64,000 nt of DNA from Utricularia gibba (taxonomy: Eukaryota; Plantae; Magnoliophyta). The stretch lies in contig NEEC01000025.1 in assembly GCA_002189035.1 (NCBI GenBank), positions 372,001 through 436,000 of the forward strand, in the 5' to 3' direction. Shown here one piece after another: positions 1-12,974 of this stretch. The notes beneath the pieces were generated by a model, which had not been told where the DNA came from, did not search any database, and saw nothing but the letters and a program-made list of their open reading frames with translations. Numbering within the stretch: position 1 is the first letter of the stretch; every line of letters begins with the position of its first letter. Both the position numbers and the translations under genes were made by a program.

Positions 1-1488
1 AAAACAAAAAACCGTCAAAATATCAGTTGGAGTTGAGACGACGATGATCAAATCAGGTTGTAATTAGCAACTAATCGCAATTACCATGTCGGTGCGAAGC
101 AAAAGCAAAAGGGCCTCAGCGGCAACCTTAGTGGGCCGCCATCAGTACAGCAACCTTCCGGTCCAGAGACAAATGCCGTTAGGTCCGGCCCGAATTATTA
201 GGATATATATCTCACTCACCTTAAAAGCCCGTGGACAGAAAAACGAAACCGACAGTTGAATATACAGTAATAATATAGTTTAATTAATGACTTATTTGAA
301 TCATTTTTATTTAAATAAATACCATTTATATGCATATAATTGAAAATATATTTTATAGATGAATCTTACAGATATGTGTTTAATAAATGTGTTTAGAATA
401 TATAAAAATGTTATTAATATGTTCCAACATTATATGTTGCACCTATTGCTCATAGCTGAGTAGACGGTCCTAGGCGTGGCCTGGGCTAGACCCATTTGCC
501 GCTTACCTATTTGGTCATGAACCCCGAGTCAACCGGAATATCAAACTGGTCCCAGACAAGGGGTTCCTTGTCTGGTGACTCGGACCTGGACCCGACCCGG
601 GTTCATACCCAAGAAAACGCTAGTCCCTTGGAGGGTCACTGAAAATTGGCGTACTTGACCCACTTGTACGTTTTTCGAACTTGTTTTGATGAAAAGAAAA
701 CAAAGCATCCCATGGAAAAGGAAAGCAAAGATCACTTTTCTTCCGCTGTCCACGTTCTTGATGAATTATGGGACCAGATTTCAACTGGTGGTAGGGACTA
801 CCCACTCCAACCATCACAAGAACTTCATATTTTCTCGACGATTGCTGTAAAAACGAAGGTGGAACAGACGCCCATGAAGGCAAAAGCAGGAGTATGAGCA
901 TCATCAGTATGCAGGGAGTGAGAATTCTGATCCAAAAATGGTCTGTGATCACGTTGTTTCAGGTTAGGGTTACCCTTCAAAGGAAGCATTATTCTCTGCT
1001 GAAAAGTATTGGTCACTTGTTCATGTAACCATCAATCTGGTTGTAATAGGGGACCCGAGGGTCTTTCATCCCCCGGAACATGGAATCAAAGCAAAGATCT
1101 GCACAGACATTCTATCGGATTAGCACAAACAAAAGAAAAAAAATCAGGTCTGAATATTTCCTTGTCTTCGAACTACTCCATTTAATGGTGGCTTACCTTA
1201 ATTTAGGAGATTAGGGTGTGTGCAAAAGGACGAGAGATGTGTGCCTGGAATGGGTGTAGGGGACCTTTGATCCATGTGAAGGTGCCCTGGTGTTGGGGTC
1301 CCTGATCTATTGGCCTAATATTGACTTTCCTGCTGATCCAGTCGCAGTCGCCATGCTTCTGTTATGCTGTAATCTACCTTCCTCTGCATCCTTTGTATTA
1401 CTACAAAGCAATCTTACATCGATAAATGAAAAATGAAAGTAAAACAATAAGTATATGAGATATTGTATATTACTAATAACAATTGAGT

Positions 1489-1576
1489 TTAATTTTTTTT
1501 AATATGATTTATATTTATTTATATATTTAGAATTTATATGTGTTCGTTTAATTAATCGAATCTTGAATTTCAATAC
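1489..1576 (+). repeat. Copy of a dispersed AT-rich MITE-like repeat
   Basis: Core TTTAAT(T/C)TTTTT-TAATATGATTTATATTT...ATCGAA(T/C)CTT(G/T)AATTTCAA(T/C)AC recurs at 3083-3170 and 12886-12974, and in reverse near 10575-10795 and 39285-39330. Confidence 0.6.
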
Positions 1577-3082
1577 TTTACGCCTCTGGGTTGACTGCAC
1601 ACTTGTTACATCAGATGTGTAAACAGAAGTAGATGAACCAGAGAACCAAATACAAGTTCCTTACAATCCTACACAGGCTTCCGTGCATCTGTGAAGCTAT
1701 TCTTCTATCCGAGACTGGGGTGACAGGGATATGAAATCGGCCCTTCATGTTCAAATTGTCTACTTGTGCTGCACCTGCTGGTCATAATATCCCACATGCC
1801 TCACCAAACAAAAGCAAGCGTTGCAGTTCCCAGTCTCGTTTGTTGTTAAGATAAGCCTACTGCTATTATTTCTTCATACAAAAACCCATGTGGGGGAACC
1901 GTGCTGTTTTGTCATACATTCGACATTAAAACCCAAGGGCGCTGGAGCTCATTATCAAAAGGGCAACCTTGGAATTTGGTGAAATATACTGTAAACAGTA
2001 AAAAAGCATTTATTAACCGCAATATTAAATAGCAATCAATAAATATGGGTAAACTTTATGGGCTTACCATAGCGCATCGGTGTCAACTTTTTCATAGCCG
2101 ATGTGAAGTTCTGGGTTGATACGTTGACTTTGCAGTGCATGAAAAATAAAATAAAGAGCTTATTTTCAAACCCTTTTTACAGTAAAGGCGACAGATTTGA
2201 TCTGCCTATGCATAGAACGAGCCCAATGAAGTGGAATAAGGCCATCGATCGACTCCAAGTGCATGTTAATGGGCATCATGTTGTCCCCTCTGAAAATTAT
2301 GGTAAATTAAATATATAAGATATTATGAATCATTAATAATCGATTTAGTTTAAACTTTTAGGATAAACTTTACGGGCATGCATAGTTGTGTGTGTGAATG
2401 TGATCATTCGGATAAAACCTTAATTTTGACGAGAAATTAACTTGGTGTAAGATTCCCTGCCGACCCACAAAAGAGTTTGGATTGTTTCATCGTTTTTGGA
2501 TGCTGGATTTGTTTAACGTGAGGTGTTCGAGAAGCAAACAGCAGGCAATGAAGTGAAGTGTTGGCGCAGTGAAAAGTGAAACACACCCTCACACAATCAC
2601 TAGCCGATGATCGACAAGCCCTACCGCCTTGCGGCGTCTGATTTGTAAGTCGGCGGCGTGAACCCCCCTTTGCAATAAAAACTCATGATCATGACGCTCT
2701 GATTACGAAACCCTGGTAACCTTTTCAATGCACCACAAAAACAAAGTTAGAATATGCTTTTCAGAAGCTCTACGCCGATTCGACGCAACCCTACGATCCG
2801 ATCGATGGATCGGGTCCACTCCCATATTCCCAAGCGCATGTACTTGATAGTAGAGTTGGACAAGGGTTCGAGGCACCTACCAATAGGTTGAACACATGGA
2901 GTCGATTTTCTATACAATGGTTTGTAAGAGTCTATCGATCCAAACCCTCCAAATTCACAATATACGACATTCATAGACATTTTGAACTTATCTAAATATT
3001 AGAACAAATAATTTCATATTAAGATTTAAAAATAAAATAATCAAATATATAAAAAAGTAAAGATTATTAGTAATCAGTTAAA

Positions 3083-3170
3083 TTTAATCTTTTTTAATAT
3101 GATTTATATTTCTTGTATATTTTAACGTTATATATATTTACCTGACTCATCGAATCTTTAATTTCAACAC
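3083..3170 (+). repeat. Copy of the same AT-rich repeat
   Basis: TTTAATCTTTTTTAATATGATTTATATTT...ATCGAATCTTTAATTTCAACAC aligns by eye to 1489-1576 and 12886-12974. Confidence 0.6.
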
Positions 3171-3711
3171 TAAAAATTTCAGGCATTATAAATTAGTAGC
3201 ATTTGTGATACTTGAAAATAATTTCAAGGCATCGTAACACATGCACGATGAGTAATATCTACGTATGATTTTCAAATCAAAGAATAGCAGAATAAGGGGG
3301 ATGAAGCAAGTAAAACCCTATAATGCAACATATGAGCCAACACACAAACTATTATTTTAATAATAGACTGATTTAAATGCTCGACCCATTTTGACCTAGG
3401 GTCAGATTCTACCTATCATCTATTGATTCGATTTGTATCTATTTTTCTCGAATATGAGTTATGAATGGACCCGTATCCACGCCCAACTCTACTTGGTAGC
3501 ATCCCAGGTCTGGATCGTGATGGTATAATTTGGTCTCACGGACATCAAATCTTGCATACAAATTGTGTTTTAATTATTACAAAAGATAACTAACTTTTAC
3601 TTCAAAGTGGGAAAATGGAAACGTCGGATTTTTTAGGTATACGTAATGTGTAGGAGAGTTCCAGGGGGATGTACGTATTGTGCTGAAAGGAATAGGTATC
3701 GGTCATGAGAG

Positions 3712-3731
3712 ATATATATATATATATATAT
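3712..3731. repeat. (AT)10 microsatellite upstream of the GDSL lipase
   Basis: ATATATATATATATATATAT read directly. Confidence 0.9.
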
Positions 3732-3809
3732 GATATGAGCATTGGGTGTGGCTCTAAGCGAGCACTTTTTTGTGAGGCACCGTGCGGTTCTCTTTCCTTC
3801 CTCTTCGAC

Positions 3810-5890
3810 ATGCAATTTATCCTTCTCCTGCATGTGGCCTTGCTGCTCCTCTTCTCTACCACCGCGGCGGCCGGAGCTTTGCGGCGGCCTCGTACCAACA
3901 CATCGGCCATATTCGTGTTCGGAGATTCCACTGTCGATTCCGGCAACAATGACTTCCTCCCCACCGTGGGAAAGAGCAACTTTCCACCCTACGGCCAGGA
4001 CTTCCCCGGCCAAGTCGCCACCGGGAGATTCTCCAACGGCAGGCTTGTCACTGATTACATCGGTTAGTATGAGCAAAATGAATTGGGTATTCTAAGCTTT
4101 TATCACCATAATTCCACTACCATTATTATTCGACAGTGTCGTATTTGGGGATCAAGGAGTTTGTACCACCATATCTGGACCCGACCTTGACCGTCGATGA
4201 TCTCAAGACCGGAGTCTGCTTCGCCTCCGCCGGAACCGGCTTCGACCCCCTAACAGCCAAGATCATCGTAAGCATTCCCCCCTTTCCGTCAACCGGAATC
4301 CGAAAATTTCACCACGCACATGGTTAATGCGACAGGGTGTGATTCCAATGGAGAAGCAACTCGAAAACTTCAGAGAATACAAACAAAGAATGGAAGGCTA
4401 CATCGGGAAACCGAAAACGCAGGATTTGCTCAGGAAATCAACGGCGGTGATCAGCGCCGGCACCAACGATTTCATAGAGAACTATTTCCTGATACCCATT
4501 CAAAACAAAACCTACACCATCTCAGCTTACGAGAGCCTACTCCTCCAGCTCGAGATGCAGTTCATCCAGGTACATTGCCATTTTCTCCTTGAACCCATTA
4601 ATCCTTTTTATCTCCTAAAAATAATTAATAAATAATATCATATTCAAGTCCTGATCCATCTCCAGGCTGGAGGGACTTCTACTCTTTTCCTTATACTGTT
4701 CATATCGGAATCACCGCGACGGTGATAGCATTTATTTATTTATTTTTATTTTTAAAAAAATTATTCGGACAACTTTTAGCAGTGAAGCTCAACCTTTTTG
4801 TGTTCAAAGAGTGATGGAATATTATTTTAAAATATTTTAGTTATTATTTTTTTTTAAAAAAAATACGAACCGGGGTCAGTGTTTGTGATTCAACCTTGAA
4901 GTGGTCCACCCGGGGTGGACCACAAACCGGTCCCGAGTCACACGCTTATTCATGATTTCGTATTAATTATCTTAATTACTGTGATTAACGTATAACAATA
5001 ACCATTAATGATGATTTTAACTGTTAATCCTTTGGGAAGCCCGCGCTGTCTCCTTTATGAATCAGATTCATTGTGCGTCTTTGTCTGAACAACTCAGGTT
5101 GATGCAGACAATCAGCGCCAAGTAGATGGAAGAAAAAATTTGTTCAGATCGTTAGATCCATCGTTTCTGTTCTGTTAAACAACTTGATCAATGTGGAACA
5201 TCGATGTTATTGTAGCAAGCAATCGAATCTGTTTGAAACCAGACATTGGGGATTTTTTTTTACTTGGTGCAGGAGATTTTGGATATGGGGATCCGGAACG
5301 TCGCTGTGGTGGGACTTCCGCCGATGGGATGTGTGCCGGCGGTGATCACTCTCGACTCCGACGATTCTTCCACCAACTGCAGTTGTCTGGAGCAGTTGTC
5401 GGCGGTGGCCCGAGATTACAACCGCCAGCTTCAGGCCAAAATCGTGGCGTTGCAAGGCAACAACCGCCACACCAACATTGCGTATATTGATATCTACAAG
5501 CCTGTGGATGATTTCATCAAAAGACCCCAATTTTACGGTGAGATCATTCATTCCACATGGATCTGTTCATGCCATTTTAGTTAGAACAAAAACCCACAGG
5601 AACACGAAGAAACACCCTTTCTGCGTCTGCTTCCATGATCTTTTCCGCCGCCATTGTTTCTGCTCTGAGTTTCTGCGAATCTGATAGGCTTCGAGGTGGT
5701 GGATCGGGGATGCTGCGGCAGCGGAGTCATCGAGATTTCGATACTATGCAACATCGAAACCCCGGTTTGCAGTGATGCGTCCAAGTACGTGTTCTGGGAC
5801 TCGGTGCATCCCACTCAAGCTGCCTACTACAAGCTCTTTCTTAGCCTCATGCCAGTGCTCAATCGGTTTTTCTCAAGTATCGTCACATAG
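3810..5890 (+). CDS. GDSL esterase/lipase (SGNH hydrolase), secreted
   Basis: Five exons with GT-AG junctions: 3810-4062, 4137-4267, 4336-4569, 5273-5537, 5688-5890. Signal peptide [21 protein letters not shown]; block [14 protein letters not shown]; GRFSNG; FASAGTG; SAGTNDF; catalytic FWDSVHPT. Confidence 0.95.
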
Positions 5891-6392
5891 TGTTGTTCCC
5901 CACATTGTCAAAATTATCAATAATTGATTTGAAATACCCCTTGTGTTGTTCTTGTAGAAAAATACAAAAAAAAAATAACATTTGAATGTAGAGTACATTA
6001 TCTTTAAAAAATGTGTATGAAAAATTCCAAGTTTCTTCAAAAAACATTGAGATGCATATTGCATTGCTTATTTACACTTTTAAAAAGAAATCACATGGCC
6101 TCTGATTCAATAGAAATCGACACTTCCACTTTTTTTATTTTAATAATTCGTATTCATTTTTTTTTTTTGCATTGATATAATAAATAAAATATACAATTTT
6201 GTTTGGGAAAGCGATACTCTGGAGTGAAACCAGCAAACCAACACACTGTGTACTGAAATGCTAGTTTATTGCCATGTTGGGGCAAGTGTCACAAAAAAAG
6301 ATGTCTGAAAATTTAAGGAAAATTTCCAACAATCACATTGTTCTAACGGTAGTATACGAGGGAAATTTTTGGTGGCACTGGAACACGGGTCT

Positions 6393-9273
6393 CTAGCGCC
6401 CGCGGAGGTACAATTGCAGCATCCCTCTGAGTTTGTGACACAGTTCGAGGAGCTGGGGAAGGAAGAAAGCTAAGGTAGAAAGACCAGAGATCCCAACATA
6501 GCCAAGAAAGAGAACCCAGAAGCTTGTCCAGTTTAAACTGGTCACATTATCAGGGCTTGAGCATTCAGGGGATGGTGAGAAGTAAGCGAGCTCGAGCTGC
6601 TTCAACCGGCCATTCTCCGACAGCATCAGAATGGCTCGGGAAAAATCGTCTGTAATCGGAGAACCCTTCTGGAATGCCTGCAAACAGAGTCTCGGGTGAG
6701 ATTCTTTATTGTTGGATCAACGTCTGATCTGGTTTATAGACGATAACTTACAAAGCCCAGTCCGCCGAATCTGTCACCGGTGAAGTGTGAGTGGTTCTGA
6801 ACGATGGTGTATCCCTTGCACTGTTCGCTGAAAAAGGCCTTCTGATATGGGAGTTCAAGAAACGCAGCTGAGATGTTGCCACTTTCGAACTCTTTGATAT
6901 AGGACTCCTCGTTCGATACCTTTCTGATGTTTTCAAGTTTGAACTCAAAAACGTCGACCAAGTACTTGATCATGAAGGAGGCGCCGTTGCAGCCGACGTT
7001 CTTGTTTTGATACTTCAGCCACTGAATGTCCGGCACGGTGGGTGTGAGACGGGGAACTGTTAGCAGCGAGGAAAAGCTGGCGGTGTAGCTTGAGTTTACG
7101 GCTAGCACGACGACGAGCCACGCCACTACAACTACGCGGGTGTGGCTGTTGCAAACCTTTTCCCCTGCAACATCGAAGAGTTTGATTGATCAGTTCATGG
7201 GACCTGCTGGTCGACCGGTGGACGGACGTTGGCTTCTCCGGATGGCTCAATGAATTAAATAGGGATGAACTAACTTACTGTGCACAAAGAAAAGGGAGCA
7301 AAAGGTGAACCAGACGGCGGTGCAGAACTGACTCCAGACGGAGCCGGAGAATTCCGGATTATGATTCCGCTCGAGGAGCCATACTATAAACACCGTGTAT
7401 AGCAACATTAGGCCAGTGGCTGCCCACATTCCAACGGTGAATGGCCGAACAAATATCCATTTCTGATCCGGTGATGTCGGCTTCACCCTGACCACCATCG
7501 TCAATCCTGATGCTGCGTACGGCTGAGTGAAATCCACAGCTAAAGACCGCCTTGCTAGAATGGTAATATCTCCAACAGCCGCATCGAACGTCTGCAATAA
7601 TGAATCAGGTAAAGAAACCAGAAAGAACAGTAGGGTCATGGAGGAAGATGCGCTTGTTCTTTACCTTGTTTGCAACACTCTGTACAAGTTCATCGTAGCT
7701 GCCATCAAAAGGAACGAATTTGTGGGGGAGATGATAGCCTTTCTCCTCCTCCAGAATCTTCAATGCTTCATAAAAGACATTAATGCAGTACCCTGAATAA
7801 ATTGGGGTGTTTGTGCTCGAGTTCGTGCTAATTTTCACAAACTTACGGAACACTGTCCTCGTGGGGACTCCAACGATCAAAGGGGTGGATTCTGTAGGCA
7901 TGGACCACCCCTTGGGAACCTCCCTCAACTCCCCTGGCCAGAGTATTGAATCACTCCACTGGCTCATTTTGCTCTCCCACGGGCCTCCTCCATCGGAAAG
8001 AGTTCTAGAAAAGCCTTGATCTGATTTCCAATAGCCCAAGTCTCTGTAGTTTCTTCCTATGACATTCATAATTTTGATCACTGATGGCTGCATTAGCTCT
8101 CCATTTTGGAAGCTAATTACTCCACTTAAACCTGTGAAGTTGCTGGACAATATCCTTGTCACAAGGTCTGTAGAATTGCCTATGCTTCTTCCATTTGCTT
8201 TCTGTACAGAGTTTCTCATGGCCATGATGCTGTCGAAAGCGCGAAGAGCGTATATTCCAGGCTCTGAAATTTCTTCATCAGGGTAATCTGCTCTGATAAC
8301 TCTTCTGAATTGCTGCTTGAAGTGTTGGTAAGGACTATTTCTTACAGAGAAGAAGGATGTCACTCCAAGCGCACCTTCCAAGGAGGAATTCTCAGAAAGG
8401 AATAGTGAATTCAATAAACCAGCGAGGGGGTCTGATACTATCCAAGCAGAATGCTTATCCATCATCTTCTGCTGCCTGGCTTCATTGAACAAAAGAGCAC
8501 CCCATGCCAATGATGTCTTCAGGACGATAAAAACCCTTGATTTCCTGGACACCAGAGCACTTACTTCATTGTGAATGAAGCTTCCAGGATCAGAGACAGA
8601 AGCATAATTTGGGAGAACCAGATGACTATCGATCTCGACTGAAGAGCCCCGAAGGCCCTCGGATAATGCAGTAAATGCACCTGAATCACTCCCATGAGAG
8701 TCGACTTCGTAGATCACCATGACCTTTCGCCATGGGAATGAGGTTATAATATCAGTGAAGCACTTGATCTGAAGCCTCAAGTCTGGGACCATCTGAACCA
8801 GAAACGGCCACTGGTCTTGCATATTCTGTTTTCCGATCACTGTCCCCGAGAAAGAGATAGTGGGTACTTTCGCTTTTGCTCCAACGCTTGCAACCAGAGC
8901 CGTTTCTTCCCATGATGTCATTCCGACTATGGCCGCCACACCCTTATCCTTCACAAGCACTTCAGCTGGAAGTCCCAGATTCCGCGTTAGAATTCTAAAA
9001 CGACAATAAGGGCTAGTCACGTTGTCATTCGTTACCTGCACGAGCAGTCTGCAGAGGGTCCCCATTCCCAGGATCAAGATAATCAAGATGGAACAAGCCG
9101 CGAGCAGCTACTTTAGCTCCGGTTCGGATCTCGATTCCGATACGGGAAGTGTTGCCAACTAACACACCTACATGCACCCTCGAGTCCGCCACCGCAAACA
9201 CGGTTGACACCAGAGTGGCAAAGCAAACGAACCGATGAAGAAGACTGGGTGATGAAGCTATGCGCAGAATCAT
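6393..9273 (-). CDS. GLR: Glutamate receptor-like channel (GLR2.7-type architecture)
   Basis: Exons 9273-9036, 8965-7665, 7591-7279, 7164-6752, 6677-6393. Amino-terminal domain; S1 GYCINVF and FDAAVGDITI..R...VDFTQPY; M1-M3 with SYTASFSSLL; S2 with GGLGF/AFQKGSP; M4. Confidence 0.93.
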
Positions 9274-10574
9274 GACGCAGCAAATCTAATCAATCAATTC
9301 GGAGAATCAAGAATCTAATGGACTCCCATGTGGTTCAACTCGAGGTTGCACTGCCAGAACGCGCAACGATATTTATCACCTACTGCAATTTGCCCAACGT
9401 TGACTTGGGCTCGGTCCTGGTAAGAAAATAGAAATATTTATTTTTAGTATCATGTTTTCGACTATTTCAAAAAAAAATGCAAAAACATCTCAATTTTCAA
9501 TCCATATAAATAATCTAATCTTCACGTTTTAAGATTTTAAAAAGTATATCTCAATTTGTCAAAATTGTGCAACAAAAACTCAAACGATTTTCAAAATTTT
9601 TAAAAAATGAACCTATTCATGATATTGTGAACAATTTCACATCTAATAAAATTTTATAATAGGATTTTTTATATTTGTATATGAAGATCGACAAATCAAA
9701 ATCTCTTTTTAGAGTTATATCGTATTTGTATCTCATGATTTTTAGAATTCGATGATGATAATACTATTAAAAAAGAAGTAATATAAGTTGTTGATACTGT
9801 TTATAATGATGCATCGTTATGATAGCGTTAAAATAAAAAATATTTAATTTTGATAACATATAGAATTAAATATATAATTTTATAAAGATGATGATAAATC
9901 ATTTACAAAAAAAAACGTAAATTAAATGATTTATAACTTAATTTTAAAATTTAATGATTAAAATTTTTATATTGAATGTACTTTAGGGTGTTACCTAGAA
10001 ACTCCACCCATATTTAAGATATATACTTTGTCATTTTCTTCGACGTGTGACGACTTATGAACATTCATTCCTTTCCAGGGCGCTGCCGTTTGTCTTCTTC
10101 TCTGACAAAAACAAATGGACTCAGTCGAAAACAATAGTCCTGTCTTGTCTTCTACATGATGCCGCCACCGTTGACCCTTCTTCCAATCGTGAAAAAGACT
10201 CCCATTTGAAAAGGGCATTTATAAATATATATTTTTTCTTGTGAATTCCCAAGAACCTTCTCTTTGCCCTTATTATATGCTTCAACTGGGCCAGCCGTAC
10301 ACAAAGGACCATTGGGTTCATTCGACAAGATCTGGGCCGGCCCCAACCGCAGAAGAAGTACTACGAGGTTCGTAATTCACTCGCCTTTTTGGATTTTTTG
10401 GTACGATTTGTATGATATAGTTTCAAGAAAATAGTTTAAAATAAGTGCTTTTTTTAAAGTAGCCACAGCTCATAAATGCTTCAAGAAGTTCTGAAACAAA
10501 TAAAAGGGTGCTCCAAAAAAAAAAAAAAAAAATTTGGAATGGTTTTTCAATATATTTGTAATACAAAATTTATT

Positions 10575-10795
10575 CTTTTTATGTGTTGAAATTCATGATC
10601 CAATGGATTGACTAAGCATACATGAAATTCAAGTACATGAAAAATATAGATCACATTAGAAAAGTTATGAGATAATCACTTTATTATCATATTAAAATTC
10701 ATGATATAATGAATTAAACAAACACACATGACATTTAAATTATAAAAAATATGCATCATATTAAAAAAGATTAAGTTCAACTAATTATTAATTAT
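10575..10795 (-). repeat. Reverse-orientation copies of the AT-rich MITE-like repeat
   Basis: The reverse complement contains TTAATCTTTTTTAATATGATGCATATTT, TTTTCTAATGTGATCTATATTT and GAATTTCAACAC, matching 3083-3170. Confidence 0.5.
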
Positions 10796-10938
10796 ATATA
10801 ATCTATTATATATTTGATTATTCTAATTTTATTTTTAGATATGAGATTGATTATTATATTGATCGAATTTTTGGAAGTGAGTGTGGATTCACTTATTCGA
10901 TTGGGCGCTCACATGACACACCACTTGGGTGGTTTGCA

Positions 10939-12008
10939 TTACATGGTTGCATAAGAAGCATCCTGCGCGATTCCACACAGTCCGGTGGAGCCGACGAACA
11001 TCTCCATCTGAATGTAACCTGCGTCTCCCCAGCCAGTTCCCCAAGAGTTCTTCACAATCCAGTATGGAGGATTACTCGTGGTATCGTACCCCACGGCCGT
11101 CACCACGTGATCCAAATTCGTGCCGCATTCACCCGTGAAGACTCCACTTTGGTACAACTGAAAATCGGATCCGCTCGCGTCAATCGTCACCGCCACCGGC
11201 TGGTTCGCCACCGCAGCTTGTAACGCCGACTCGCTGCCGCTCTGCACCTGGCCGTACCCTGTGGTTTGCACAGCGACTTGGCCTTCTGCTTGGCTGTTGC
11301 ATGTTCCCTGAGATGCTGTATAAGGGTAGTTGTCTTCCGTTGTGAGGCCATTCTGGACCACGAATTGCAGCGCAACTTCCGCCCAACAGCCATTGCAACC
11401 ATAGCAAGAGGAATCACAGTCTACCAGCTCCTGTTCTGCGAGGGACACCAAGTTACCTGTTTTTATAAAGTTGATGCCTTCCGTAGTGGCAACTGTTCCA
11501 AATGCCCAGCAACTACCTGCGAGAATCAAACCAGATTAGGAACACTACAATCAAAACTGTTCTGTCTGAATATCAGGACGTCGGATCTACCGCATTGGCC
11601 TTGGTCCTTGATGGGGGTGACGGCTCCATTCTGTCTCCAATCGATGGACGCCGGGAGAGCAGCTTCAGTCGCGTTGTAGTAGTGCACGGGTGCGGTGGTG
11701 CGTGGGTGGGGGATATACTTGTTCCTGGCGCGAAATTCCTCGTTGCTGAGATCGGCGAACACGTTCTCGCCCAACTTGTACGAGCGCCCGGCGGCGTTCA
11801 CAGAATCGATGTACTCAGCGTTCTTCTTGAAGATTTCAAATCTCTTCGCCTTCTCAGTCTCGTCGGCGTAAACCTTTCCGTACTTTGCCATCCATCTCTC
11901 ATGCCTAGCGATCATCGCGGCGTCGGGGTTGGCCCGGGCCTCCGCCTGGAAGATGGCCACCCCGAGGAACAAGACGAGCGCCATGAAAACAATCTTACCG
12001 CACTCCAT
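10939..12008 (-). CDS. Papain-like cysteine protease CP1 (C1A, SAG12-like)
   Basis: Exons 12008-11591 and 11516-10939. Signal peptide; I29 prodomain (EKAKRFEIFKKNAEYIDSVN, GENVFADL); QGQCGSCW; LDHVV; KNSW. No KDEL or granulin tail. Confidence 0.95.
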
Positions 12009-12150
12009 TGCTCGAGAACAGACACAAAAAACTGAAGCAAGTTGTGGGAAATGAAGTGAAGCCCGGGAGGGTATTTAAAGAGAGAGCTTCACCCTCTTTC
12101 CTTGGGCTAAGTTTGGAAAGCAACGATATAAAATATGCTGTCAAAGTCAA
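12008..12150 (-). promoter_or_regulatory. CP1 core promoter: TATA-like TTTAAATA and W-box
   Basis: Forward GTATTTAAAG at 12071-12080 (TTTAAATAC on -); AGTCAA (TTGACT on -) at 12145-12150. Confidence 0.45.
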
Positions 12151-12885
12151 TTCCGCCTTTGAAAATAATAAAGAAAGCAGTAAATTAAAAAATTAAATGA
12201 AATGATAATTTATATATGTTGAAAATGATTATTATAAATTTATTCATGTTTTAAATATAAAAAAATGATAATTAATTTTTATATTGTATGAATCTAAAAT
12301 TAAAAAAATATTTGATTTAAATTATATTTCATTAATCCTTTATATTAAAATCCTTTTATTTAAAAAAATATTAATTATTGTAATTAATTATAAAAAGAAT
12401 AAATATGATTGTAAATTCAAATCTTAAATCATTTTTCAAAAATTAACTACCTTACCATATTTTTTTATAGAACTGGAGTTGTTCTTCAAAAAAAAAAAAA
12501 GAATTTAATAACTATATTATAAACTGAATTAGTTTTGCTTTAAATGTATGAAGAAGAAGATATCAACAAGATTTTTGCCTCATTTGGCGCCAATTCGGAA
12601 ACGGGCACTGCGGTCTGCTTTGTCGGTGTCGGGTAGTCGTTATTTCAGTTAAAGAGCAGAAAGAATGTTTGATTTTCCCTGTTGAATGTGTACTTCAATG
12701 CCCCCACTTACAAATAACAATAAGTTCTTGAATAAATGGATCATTAAGAGAGGCTCATTTGTCTACTTAGACAGACATCCATTCCAAATCAAGTTTATGA
12801 TGAGTAAGTGACATTAAACCAAACCATCAAAATTAATATAAATAGTTAATTATATAATACTTATAGATAATTGATAATTGATTGT

Positions 12886-12974
12886 ATTTAATTTTTTCTA
12901 ATATGATTTATATTTATTATATATTTGGATTTTACATATGCTCATTTGATTTATCGAACCTTTAATTTCAATAC
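12886..12974 (+). repeat. Copy of the same AT-rich repeat
   Basis: TTTAATTTTTTCTAATATGATTTATATTT...ATCGAACCTTTAATTTCAATAC. Confidence 0.6.

Noticed and set aside
1370-1426. CCTCTGCATCC and TCGATAAA resemble parts of miR162
   Set aside because: The pieces are in the wrong order and separated; no complementary star arm.
2794-2812. Near-palindrome CGATCCGATCGATGGATCG
   Set aside because: Short, isolated and built from GATC repeats; no supporting context.
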